Positions 37,897-51,300 of a DNA stretch of 64,000 nt are shown here, piece by piece. Made by a program: the position numbers and the translations under genes. The notes beneath the pieces were generated by a model. The model saw nothing but the letters and a program-made list of their open reading frames with translations, made no database searches and was not told where the DNA came from. The first letter of the stretch is position 1. Each line of letters opens with the position of its first letter. Origin of the DNA: Balanoglossus misakiensis (taxonomy: Eukaryota > Animalia > Hemichordata); contig CM082587.2 in NCBI GenBank assembly GCA_040954595.2, forward strand, positions 6,127,705-6,191,704, read 5' to 3'.

Positions 37897-39342
37897 TTAT
37901 ATAAAGCAGACCGGACCTATCTTCGTGTTGATCAGAGCGCCATCTTGTGGACGGTTACTGTCGTTGAACAGTATATCAACGATGGGCAACCGTGACACGT
38001 CTTGGGTTCGAAAAGTGATTCGAGTTTCCCGCCACTGTCCATCGTGAACCTGTTATGGAGTCAATGACGTCACTGAATGTAGGCAATGCTTTACTATGGG
38101 CGAAAATAATGTATAAAATAAAGGGATAAACAACCACCATTCACTCACCCACTCATTCTTTCATTCTATACATGTAGATGTTACATTATACTAGGAATAA
38201 CGGCAGTAAAATTGCCATAAAGGTCATTCGTACCTGGCAACCATCGGTCCTCACGTCTAACTCTTGGCTCCCAGGCCGGAAGAGGGTGCCGTCCCAACCT
38301 TTGAACTGGACGGCCGATGTGTAGTTGTTGACCGGATGTTTCCAGACACTGACATCCTTGCAAAGGAACCTGATCTCTTGCGTGACCTCTGAACTCAGCA
38401 GGTGAAGGAAGTTCATCTGTACTTTGCTGATAGGATATAGCGTCTGGCGGAGAGAAATGACGACACACACTCGGCACTAAATTATTTCAATTGGTAAAAC
38501 TTGACGTCTTCCATCAATTATATTTAGACGAGAACGGAGGCACTACGCAGTGAGTTTGATAATGTGGAATAAGGTATTTCAAACTATCACGATTTTCTGC
38601 GTACCTTGTCTGTCGGTGTCGGATGCAAACACGTCTTTCCACCGCCTTCAATCTGACACTGAACCTCCATAGCATCGTTGGAACAACCGAGATTCGGATC
38701 TATCCAATAATTCCCTGCAGAATCAAATAATTAAACTCATCAAACACCACGAGTGATATACATTGTATTTATGAAAATCACAGGTTTGGGGATATTGCCG
38801 CCTTAGAGCTCTGCAGACGACATGACGTTGTTGTAGTGTCGCGTGCAAAACATTGCGTGATGTCAAAATCGCGACTTACCACTTTCATTTATTAGGTGAC
38901 ATTCAACTAAATCTCGACAGGTTCTCGCCGGATTCTCCCGGGATCCCGCTGGATATTTCAGACTTTTGAGGTAAGTTTCGAGGTAGTAGAGGGTGGAAAA
39001 AATATCAGATTCCTAAAGGGGGAAATGTACAATGTTTGACAAAAGATAAAATGAGCGTTCTAATACATATAATCAGTCAATTTGACGTCTTTGGAGTACA
39101 ATTGCATCTCAAATTCAAACGTCTTTTATTTGTGTGATGAACAGGAAAATATGCGATTTTAAAATACAGCTATTTTCTCGAACTGTGACCCATTATTTCG
39201 TTGATATTCAAAGTTGCATAGTTCAAAGTGGATGATATTTATGTCAACAGTGACTTACCTTCACTTCAATATCTTCTTTCTTTTTACTGAAATATTGGAC
39301 AAAGGTGTCTGCCAACATGCGCTCCAAAATAATTTCGGTACC
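37897..39342 (-). CDS. Collagen C-telopeptide and COLFI C-propeptide (5 exons)
   Basis: [11 protein letters not shown]...[16 protein letters not shown]...[20 protein letters not shown]...GGKTCLHP...[22 protein letters not shown]...DGCQ...RLPIVD...IGPVCFI, then TAA at 37897-37899. Confidence 0.95.
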
Positions 39343-42300
39343 CTGCAAAAAAATAATTGACAATTCTATGAGAAGTTGTCCTACATGTATAGTTTGGTTC
39401 AGATTTGCCACACAGATTAAAACGTACCCCTTAGCTCTCTGTCTCTACATATATTCTTTCTAACTGACATGCAAATAGCTATGCAAAAATACTTTATGTT
39501 TGTCTGTCTCTATGACGACGGAGGATAACGCTACTTTGTTTCAAGCTTCTTTTCTCGTTGTCTGTGCTTCAACTGACAAGCAGCATAAACCTAGGTAGGC
39601 TTTGAACGCGTCACACTTCTGGAAGTCCGATAAAATTGTAATTTGGCGCGAAAATGTGATTGTGTACTTACAGGTGGTCCTGGCATTCCCTGGAAAGTTA
39701 GAAAAAAACAGCAAATTAAATACGATTTCGAAAGACGATTCGCAATGGGTGCATTGGGGATGACTGTACCTCCGAACGTGCTACATTTAGGTGCATGTTT
39801 CGAACTACGATGGTCAAGACTGTGGTCTCATTTCGAATGTTCCGGAACGAAACTGGCGAGAATAGAATAACAGGTCATCAATCGTGAATGGCTTTACTTG
39901 TTTGTACGATTGAGTATAAATATCAATGCACATATATACTACATCTACAAAAATCTATTTGTACAAACTTCTGTGATAAAACGTACCTGAGTTCCGATAT
40001 TACCCGGTGGTCCAGGCGATCCCTAATGAGATAAATGAACGTAGAGAAATATTGTTTTATGATTAAATAAAATGGGAAAGGGGCATTTGCAAAAAAACGA
40101 TGGTCAAACGTTACACGTATATATGAGAGTCTAAGTAAGTTCTCACCTTATCGCCCACTGGACCCTGTTGTGAAAGAAGAAAAGACGAAACCACGCATAA
40201 GTAAATGAAAATACTCGTGTTTTCATACTTAAAGTCTTTCCTCTTGTTGAGTGTCAGTAAAAATAAAGAAAATGTGACGAAAGAAAGGTGTGAACCTATG
40301 GGCCGACTGCGCAGATTTGACGTGAAGTAGCTGAGAACGTGTCAAGTTCGACATTAAAGTCGTTTTTTCCTCAGATGTCGATGACCGAAGACGTCAAGCG
40401 CCCAAGAAGCACTTGATATTATGAGGCTGATCACCCACGCAACTCGCCAACTCACCCACTCACGTGATTGCCAAGTTGGTGCCGGCAGAGTGGGTACCTC
40501 AGGCCCAGTCTACTTGACCGATTCCCGTAGCAAGAAAAACAACACAGACACTCGGATATCACACCCCAGCTCTCATCGAAATTGGTCGGTATTGGTCAAG
40601 TCAAAGTCATTCACGCCTCTGAACAACGCCAGACAAAAATGAACGATTCTAATAAGGGCCTCATCATCAGTTTGCTTCGAAACTTCGACTTTTGGACACA
40701 GGTCAATAACCCCTCCCCCCACGAATGTTTCAAGATACACTTACGTGTAGGCCCGTCGGCCCCGGCTTCCCATCATTCCCTGGGTATCCAGGACTTCCCG
40801 GGAAACCTTGCGAACCCTGGTGGGAAACGGAACCGGAAACGGTTGTTTAGGACTGGCAGACATCAACAAAATTTGCATATCGTCACATGTCTGCTGGAAC
40901 CGCATGGTGTAAAAGATCCCTTTTAACATTTTCAGCCATGTACGGGTGACAAAGAAATTATTGGCTGACACGTCATCACAATATGTCTATTGGCTGGAAC
41001 TTCAAAAAGAACGGTAAGTTTCTATCATTTTACTTACTTTTTCTCCGCTTGGTCCCTGCAATCCAGGAGGGCCTGGCTCTCCCCTTTGACCCCGAGAACC
41101 CTATTTTGAAATGAAGAAAAAAACGATTTAAACCACAAAGTTTTATATCTACACGTACATTAGCATTAACCCTATGGGTATTTTTGACATATGCAATTCG
41201 ACAAATTATATGCAGCTTTGGATCAACGTTCATGTACATGTACGTGCATGTTACAGTACGTACCTTCCGCCCTCTACGACCGGGAAAACCAGTCAAGCCT
41301 GGGGATCCTTCCTCTCCCTGAAAACAAGCAGACGACAAAATCAGTCCATTCTCACCCTCGTTTTCAATCGTGCGCCATATAACTCAAATAAACGTAATTA
41401 AAATAACGAATTCCACGAAAGACATCATGCACCTATGAAACGTTCCAATAAAAGAAATGTTCTAGAAGCCACATGCGATATAATTTCATCACTATAACTA
41501 CATCGTCTGTACTACATACCGAAAGGCCCGCCATTCCTTGATTTCCGTTCGGTCCTTTAACTCCAGCTGGGCCACGATCACCGGGGTCACCTTCATGCCC
41601 TGGTCGACCTTTGACCCCTTGTCTTCCCTGAAACAAAAGATCAGTGATGCGCAGTCAGGAAGGAGGGAGGAAAGGGCGCGGTGATTGGAGCGACGCGCCA
41701 ACAGCCGCGGGAACTGGCGCATGTGATTGGTGAACAAGTTTTAGTACAGCGCCATCATTTATCAGACTCTGCAAGAACGCACGATGTATGCAACGCCCCT
41801 CCCGTTCTATCTCATGTGGGAATATACAAGTCAATTTTTTACAGCATTCTCACCTTTTCACCAATATCTCCCTTTGAACCACGTGGTCCTTGACTTCCCA
41901 GTGAACCCTAACAGAATTTTTAAAAAATAGTTAGTTTGTCTTGTGTTGTCATATAGAAATGTGTAAAAATAATAGCGTGAAAAAGAGTCACCTTGGTAAC
42001 TCAGTACTTAGTTCGTTGACTACTACTGTAATGATAGAGGTTTGAAGATGCTTTTTTATCAGAATGTCGGAATTCATATCAACGGAAGTACGAGGATGCA
42101 AGGTCATGCAGGGGTCATGAAAATGGCCTATACGTCTACACGATATACCACTTACCATTGGACCTTCCAAACCACGTGGACCTTGCTCGCCTGTAGGACC
42201 AACATCTCCCTGTGAGATACAACGACGATACTTAGAATAGAACAATTTCATAATTCGTTGCAAGGGATCAACAAACCAAGATGGCGACTATGTGAGGTTG

Positions 42301-45300
42301 TCGTCCTTATTATCAACAAAGTTATCGTTTTCTTACATTTGGTCCCTGTTTCCCTCTTCTGCCTGCCCATCCTATGGACCCGGCGTCCCCCTGTAAGAAT
42401 AAAAATCCTTGGTTAAAGTGGATTACAAAAAACTACTGGATATTTCAAACAAAAGACGCAGTTGTTGCAATTTCCACCAGGTAAAAATCGAGAGTTATGA
42501 TTTTCACTGAGGAAGGCGTCGTATTAAATCTTACCTGATGGCCAATAGGTCCCATGATGCCCTGCGCGCCAGCCGCACCAGTAGGCCCCTGTTAGAAGAG
42601 GTGATAGAAACACAGAGATAAGCTAAAGCGAAGATAATTGCTAGCGTAGAAGACAAGATAATACTGCCCTTTCTCAGCGCCCCCCCCCCCCCACCCTCAC
42701 TTTACCGACAAAAGTTTCCTCGCGCCCGTGTTTCCAATCATCCCCTGTTGGCCGGGATCCGTCGAGCGGCCAAAATGTACAAATGAAAATGAACCACACC
42801 CGCAAAATTAACACCAAATAAACTTAGAGACGTTCTTGTACAAAAAACTACAGCCACATGAAGAACTCACCATCTGTCCGTGTGGCCCCTTGTCGCCGAA
42901 AGCTCCCCGATTTCCGTCGAAGCCTGGCAGTCCAGCTGCACCAGGCACGCCTTCAGCGCCGACAAAACCTATGCCACCCTGAAACACACAAAAACGCATA
43001 TCGCCAATGTAAGTTCCATTTTTTACTTCTTCGTTTATTCGTTATTTAATTAAATATTAGCAAGTGTAAGTGCCGAATACCGAGTGGGACATTTAAGACT
43101 GACGCCGCTGTTGATGGTCGATGAGTTACAATTAACTACAGGGCTATCAATTGGATACACGTACCTGGTAGCCGGCGTCTCCTTGTGGGCCAGCCGCACC
43201 GGGAGGGCCGGGTAACCCCTGATTGCAAAAGAAATCAAAGAAACAGGACAAACATACACGTCAGCGCATCTTCTACTTTAAGAGGACATCTGATGGTCCA
43301 ACCTAGACTGTGTGTTGCGACGTCAATCCCGCCTGCCACAAATTGTCGGTCATCAGACAAGACCTGATCCGGGTAAATTGCGCCCATTTGAATCGAGTGG
43401 CCTCAAATTACACCAATCACTTCGGAAGTCAGGTAGACAGGCAATGAAGGAGGGTGACCTTCGGACCGCGCACAACACATAAAAAATTCTTACTGTGTTT
43501 GAACTTGCAGAAGGTGAACGTACCCGTTTGCCACGATCTCCCCTCTCCCCTTTACTTCCTCCGGAACCTCTAGCACCCTGAGTACCAGAAAACAGAGAAA
43601 TACGACATTAGTATGGAGTGAAAGCTATCGCTTCTATCAAGTGTTCTTTCTCTTGTGCGCTGAGTACGCCCATAATCTGAAATGTTTCATGCTTTCTCCC
43701 GAATATGTATTGGAGGATATACGTATTAAGCGTCAACATACTTCTTGTTCACATGCACACAGACATTTCTGAAACAAAATTTCAAAGCCATTGCACGCCA
43801 TCTTGCAAATGGCAACACACACCTGAAATCCTGCGTCGCCTTGTCTTCCTTCGATGCCTTCGTTACCCGTCTCACCCTGTCGACATGGTTACGAAAACGA
43901 TCAAAACAGTGTGAGATCAGTCACATTATTCGGCGCTCTGGCTTTGCAAGTCAAATCAAAATTGAACTGCAGTGAAATTCTGAAAAGGTGTGTGGGTTTA
44001 GCTTCCTGTCCAAACCAAAGTAATATTGAATATGTATGCCTTGTATGTATTGCATGCTTCCCTTGCCTATTGAATTTATAGGTGACTAAACGACGAAATC
44101 CAAAGTAGAAATTCTGATAGTCGGGCTTGATTAAAATTTAAACAAGAATATAAATTTTACCTTCTCTCCGGTGGTTCCCTTTGCACCCTTGGGTCCTTCT
44201 TGACCTTGAAAACCCTGCCAGAAAAGAAAGTTAATTCATGTTAGTTGGTAATGACTTAGATAACTAATATGCTTCATGGTATTCATAAACTCAATATTCA
44301 ATATACACTATCTACCGTCGACAGACTATAGTCTTGTGTTAGGGTTCGTACATTCGTGGAACATGCACGTCGGGGACTCAAAGTGCGACAAGTCAAAGTT
44401 CAAAGGTCACTCTCAACATCAAGAATTCTTTTCTTACCTGTTCACCAGGCCGCCCTGGTTGACCGATCGGACCCTCTTCACCAGGTTCGCCCTGTGGAGG
44501 AAAAACACGCCGTCAGCTCAACCTGTGTGGGAATTTATGATTTTTTACGACAACATGGATATTCGTACCGTCTGCCCCATCCACAAACTAAGCTTGGTTG
44601 GGTGGCAAAAAAAATTCCCCAAAACAAGTAGTGCATCTTGGAAACAAAGATCTCGACATACCAACGGGCCTCGATCACCCCTTTCACCGATGTCGCCCTT
44701 GACTCCCGGCGGGCCTTGTTCTCCTCGGTCGCCCCGTTCTCCGGGAGCACCTCGATCACCTTCTTCTCCCTGAAAAAAGGGTAGTATCATGATCATGATT
44801 CGTGTTTTGGTTAAACTAATGGAGTACATGATCCAGCGTAAAAATGACAGTTTTAAGTTGGTCGTGCGCCCGCTCAAAACTACAACACAAATAATGTTTG
44901 ACGATTGTCTCATATACAATGGATAAATACCCAGTTCCCAAAAATTATTCGCTTGGACGATATTGTAATGATGTAGTAATAAGCAAATAGATTCTTCTTA
45001 TTACGTAGAAGGTTCCAGAGACAACCATCTGTTGTCAAGACGTACAAACTCGTATAAACGCAAGTGGCTACTTACAATAGGCCCTGGAAATCCGGTAGGT
45101 CCTGGTTTGCCCGTTTCGCCATGCTTTCCTGGGGGACCATGCATGCCTTGTGGCCCAGTTCCACCTTTCAATCCCTTCTGGCCCTAATCACGATGACAAA
45201 AAAAAAGAAGTTTTGCATTATGATATCTCGCCTGCGGTTTCGGTGTTAGCTCAGCAGTGACTCGCCAACTACAATTTGCCGCCTCTATTCACATCTTTCA

Positions 45301-48300
45301 GAAATGGTGGGAGTGTCATGTCACTCCAAAGGCAGCCAGCGCGACCCTTCTGTTTGTAAACAACGCACGCCATCCAAACAAGCATGGATGAACGGATAAA
45401 CATATTCGCGATTAGTCGTCGACTGACAGATATAAAATGACTTACTGAATCCCCCCTTTTGCCGGATACTCCTTTGGTTCCTCGTGGTCCTTGTTTACCC
45501 TAAATGTGATAAAAGAACACGAGGTCAATGCTGAAAATCCCCAAATACTACAGAGAAAAAAAATTGCAAATTCAAGTCGATATAAATTTAAGATCTCCTG
45601 CGCAAAGCAAAACAAGAAGCAAATTGGGGTATAGCGGAAATAATTAACCTCTGACCTGTGACCCCTTTAGTCCCTGTTGGCCCATTTGACCTGGGCTACC
45701 ATTCTGACCCTATTGACAAGAGAAATCAGTTCAGTGCCAAGTTAGACTCGATACCACGACGTAGATATGAGAAGGTACTAATTTATGCACAGTAAAATGC
45801 CGCACTGACCATTGTACAGTGTAAAGACACCAAGAAAAATTCAAACACTCTGCCAATATAGTGCCCTGGACTACATTTACTGCTCGAGGTGAAAGAGGGA
45901 AAAATTATTTTGGTTGCTTCATTTTTATGGATTATGTTATGTTGAGCCACTGTTTTTAAACTCAACTTATGTCGTCATGACAACGGATATCTCACCTGTT
46001 CACCCTGTAAACCCGGAAGACCCTGCTTCCCAACTGCACCCTTGTCGCCCTGCGAAGAAAAGCACTTAAATGTTTGAGCTATATACGGTCAATGGCTGAT
46101 TTGTATTCCCGGCCAATTTATAGGCAACGCGTAACCTTCCACGCGAAATCAAAATAACCAAAACACTGAACGTAAAGTACACATTAAACCTAAGAAGTAG
46201 TTTTGTGGGGTTCACTATTCAGATATCCCGTTCAGTTGATCCACGATAAATCACGAATTTGATTTACATATAAACTCAATACCTTGTAACCATTTTCACC
46301 TTGGTTTCCAGGCCGACCAGGACTACCGGGGGAACCCTGGGAGAAGGACAAAGGGTCAATGAATAGCAACCTTTATTGGCAGACACGTGGCCTGTCCGAA
46401 TGTGAGGATAAATGTTGTCATTTGTGGAGAGACACCATGACCCTCTGTCTGTCTGTCTCGCCCTCTCTCTGGAAACGAGTCACGTGAGCCACGTAGAGTT
46501 CATCAATTATTGCAAAAACTCAGTATATGACAACAAGAACAGAAGATACGAAGCGTCCCTTACCGGAAGTCCATGCTGACCAGCAGTTCCTGGAAGACCC
46601 ACAATGCCATTTGGTCCCTGAAATAGGCAAACAAAACAATATTCGTCGCTATTACAAGGGTTAAGTGTAGTTACATACAGCGTTAGTATCACATATTTTT
46701 ATTGAAAAATCATTCGAGTAATGTATAAACGTCACCTTTTCGCCCGTTGGTCCGTCATCTCCTCGTAAACCGGGTATACCACGACTCCCCTAAAAAGAAA
46801 TGATTGTTTTTTTTATCTAGAATGGTGTACACATCGGTTAGGGACGAGAAAACTCCCCATTGAGAGGAATAGTGATGAACTCCGGGACATCTTGAAAAGC
46901 ACCCTCAGTGTTTAAGGGAGGGCAGTTATACTGTACTTTCACGCCGAAGTTATGGAGTTGATTGATTGATTATCATTTCAGACTTACTCGTTGCCCCTGT
47001 ACTCCTGGTACACCTTCAGCACCTTGTTCGCCCTAAAAATAAAAATAAAACGAAGATTAGATGCAATAAAGGTTGGGGTGGGGATGGGGTGGGGTGGTGT
47101 GGGGATGGGGTTGTGGTATTCACCTGAGATCCTTGTAATCCGGGAAGTCCAGCTTCGCCTGGTATTCCCTGAGTTCCCGGTAGCCCTGCCTGTCCTGGAC
47201 TTCCAGGTAGTCCTTGCGGGCCCTGAAAAAAAAACAAGACAATGATTGTGGTAAGATCAATTATTCCTTTTTAAGCGGAAAAAAACTTCAACCATCATTA
47301 ACTTACAAAGAGTGACTTTTTTCATACATTAACATAAACTAATAGTCATTTGAGATAGCGTAAATATGATATACTGTCTGCTAAAGAGAAACCAAAGACT
47401 TACGAAATCACCTGGTTCTCCAGGCTCGCCAACGGGACCGGGTATTCCCGCCAAGCCCTGGAATGATCAATCAAAAAGAGAGGGATTACATCAAAGTCGA
47501 TTTACTATTGGCACGCGGGTAATAACATGACCAGCCAATGAACGGCAGATAAAACAACTTTACCACTATGTTAAAACAAGAAGGCATTCTGATTTTCAGT
47601 GTGGTCACAAATATACTCTAAATGCAAACACCCATCGAACATTTTGATCAGTGCCACGTTCATAGTTGACGCTTTACTGTCTAATTGTTTGCGCTTTCTG
47701 AGTCGCGTTGTCGCCACAGACAAAACTGCGCGTGCGAATTTTTACTAAAATCGGTCCCGGCTGTTCACGCTATACATTTTCTGAAAGCAATTCGTCCAAT
47801 CGGAATCCTAAACATTCTGGTATTTTCTTTTCTCCCGACGTGTACGAACAAGTCTGGCTTTAAATTCGTACATACATTTTTGAACGTTCCTGCTGGCCAT
47901 TAACGATACCATTTTCCTGTCAACTCAGTCAGACATGAAGGAATGATCTCCCCCATTCGCCTTTCTGGCGAACTCTCACCGACCGATCGCGCTCGTTAAA
48001 CACGTTTCTCCCCCCAAATTCAGACACATGCTATGGCTTGACTATCGGCTGAGCGATAAGCATTTTGACGTCATCAGTCGGACACGCCCCCCCCCCCCAC
48101 GTCCCAACAGTGCTAATGAGCGTCTCCATATCTTGACTCGTGCACTTACCGGCAGACCAGGTTCTCCGCCCGGACCGGGGCGGCCGGGGTCACCGGGGTG
48201 GCCCTGTGTAAAACGCAAAGAGTAAAAAGTCGAACAATTAAGAGTCGATTAAAACGCAAACAATTCGGAACGCCTGCTTTCCTGTCTCTGTCTATAAATA

Positions 48301-51300
48301 ACCGCCACAGTCGGTATTTGGGTCTTCATTAACTTTTATTAGTTGGTTACAGCGTATGGTTCTTCCTGAAGTTGTGTTTCCGAAGACAGGTCCCTGGCGG
48401 TTATTCAACCGCGACCTCTCTTACTTCTTGAAACAGACTCTGGTCTTCCCTATGAGAAAAATATATCATGGCGGATTGTCTTTCTTTTACAAAGTTGCCG
48501 GATGTCGCCTGATATCAATTTCTCGTGTATATATTGATTTCAAAATATAAAGTTCGAAGAAGTTCAAGGTTGATTTGAGAAATGTGGGGGTCACTTGCGG
48601 GAAATACCACAGATTGTCAAACAATCGACATTTACTACGAACAACACACGCGTGGTCATTGCCCCAAAATAACATGACGTTTCCAATCGGTTTATACTGG
48701 TAACCTTGGCCTTCGCTTCATTCAGATTGCAATTCCAGGGTGAGGACGTGTTTACGGAGAAAACGACAACCTCTTTAAGAGAGAAGCGATTCATTACCGT
48801 TGAACCATATACCCTGAGTGTTTTAGACTCCGATTGAAAAATAAAACAACTTTGGAAAGCTCGGGGTCATTGAGAACCACTTTGCAGGGCTCTCCCCACA
48901 TGCATCACACCTGGTGTGCACCTGTTGAAGAGTGAGTTGACAAAGGAACGGACCAATCAGAGGCATTCTATCCCATCCGCGCACATTTCGCAAACTTGTG
49001 GCGGGGAGAGAGGGGTCATTTATGCAATTTAGATATAAATATGATTACATACCCGGTAGCCCCTTTTCCCTGGATGGCCGATCGGTCCTTGAGGTCCGGG
49101 AAACCCCTGAAAAGGAGAGATCAGAAACGCGTGAAGAATTAACCATAAAGTATAGTTTCTAGAAAACCGGAATTATCGTGACAGGCCGTTTGCATTACAG
49201 GAAAGATGTGTGAACTTATATGCCATATTCATAATGAATTATTCTTACCGTCTGCCCACGTTTCCCTGGAAACCCGATAAGCCCTGGCGGACCAACAGAG
49301 CCCTGGCACAAGAAAGGAAAGTACAGCCGGTCAAACCACTTCTCTTTTACGAACCAAACTTAAATACGATGGCTTACCAACAGGTAAAAGTCACCAAACC
49401 TTTCAGTACACTCGGAAAACATCGTGGAAAGAACGACGTAATGACACACAGAGAGGTATTATAAAATCAGATTCTGGGATTTCGTGTCATTTTTCAGATA
49501 ACATGACAATCACATACTCCTAAATTCCTCCGGCCCGCACCCTAGTAAATTACAGAAAGCCCCCTTACCATTTCTCCCGGTTGACCAGGTGGCCCCAGTA
49601 CGCCTTTCTCTCCCTGTATAAAACAAGATAGGAAATGTATGGTACAACTATTTAATATGTTGACAATTTTCCCGCAGATTGGAAGTCAGCGAGTTTGTGG
49701 CCAATCAGAGTACGACGAACCATTTTTCATTGGATTCTTTAGATAACATGTTTATCATCATAGACTCCTTTCGTTTTTATTGTTAATTCCTTATTTTTTC
49801 CTACTTTTCGACCTTCCTTTCCCTCTTTTCCCGGCCGTCCTTCTCGTCCTTTTCTTCCCTGTGAATAAATGAATGAACGAACGAGCGAACGCAAGAATTA
49901 ACAAACGAACGGATGGACGGACGAATGAATAGTGTCTTTGCTTACTAGCTTGCTTGTTTGTGTTTGATTTTTTTCATGGTATATTAAGGCAATCTTTGTT
50001 ATCTTGCTTAAATACTACTCCTCCTAAATAAAGAACGTCATCCGAGTCAACTTACCTGTCTCCCAGGCTTTCCAGGCGACCCTTTCATACCAGTATCACC
50101 CTACCCAGAAAAATCAAGAGTAAATAATGTTTTAATATGCATCTGGACATGACAGTCACACTTCTCTTTAGGAAGGGAAGTGAAACGGAACACTCACCTG
50201 TTCTCCCTTTGGACCAATGTCACCTGTTGGTCCCGGGTCACCAGGTTCACCCTGCAATAAACAATTACCTCGTTATGTTAAAATGGCCAACACCTGTGAT
50301 CAGAGCCGGCATCACACACTACTGGGCAGACATTTTGATTTGCATGGATGGACACACGTTGAAATGTTCTAGTTGGTTCGCATACGCGCACCATACATCT
50401 AGCAATCTATGGATGATTTCCTGCAAAGTGCGAGATCTCCCGAGATGCGGCTGTTATACCACATATAATCAAATTACGACGAAAAATGCCGGCGTTTCAA
50501 CAGGAAAAGGTGTAAAATTTCATGGAATACACTTGATATACTACAAGCAGACTTTTCCCACAGCTTCGCTCGTCACATACTACCACGGTTTTGTGACTTG
50601 TTGACAGTTTTCACATCCAGGGATTCATGTCAGACCTACCTTTTTACCAGGCTTGCCTTTGTTCCCGGCTGGGCCTGCTTCACCCGTTGGTCCCTAGAAA
50701 GAATGATCAACATAAAATGAGCTATGTAATCATGGAGACACGGCGTTATCCGTTTGTAAATTGCAAAGCTATATCACCATACTGTCTGCAGTAGACAGAA
50801 AATAACTTACCATATTTCCCATCAGCCCTTGCGCGCCCGGTTGACCCTTGTCACCTCTCCTTCCCTGAAAGGTCAAAGTAAAACAAGTACATGTCAACGG
50901 AAAGTCTGCTAAATGTAAACAGTCATGCTGACGACGAAAGTTTCAGACGTTGTGACACTCTATCAAAAGGCATCAAGATTGGCGCAAATTTCTATGAAGT
51001 TGTACTGTATTTTCACACATGAATTTTGGGGCAACTCATTGAGAATCACGGTGTTACACATTAAATGTCATCTGTGACAACTGATGAAGGATTGGAGTCG
51101 TTTACTGTGTACAGATGATTTCCCATGTTAATGTCTACGTTTGGTCGGTCGAATAAACGAATTCCTGCGAATGACTGTACTGGAGAATGGTGAGATTTAC
51201 CCTTTTCCCGCTGGATCCTTTTTCTCCCACCATTCCTTGCAATCCAGGTTCGCCCTGAAAGAAACCGGAAGTACACTTGTTGGCAAATATGCGACAATGT

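Noticed and set aside
39428-39444. Possible 17-nt telopeptide exon
   Set aside because: It would break the frame; the flanking exons already join in phase 0.
40464-40526. 63-nt segment with a pyrimidine tract and GTGAGT donor in a collagen intron
   Set aside because: No AG at the expected acceptor and only 2 of 7 triplets start with Gly.
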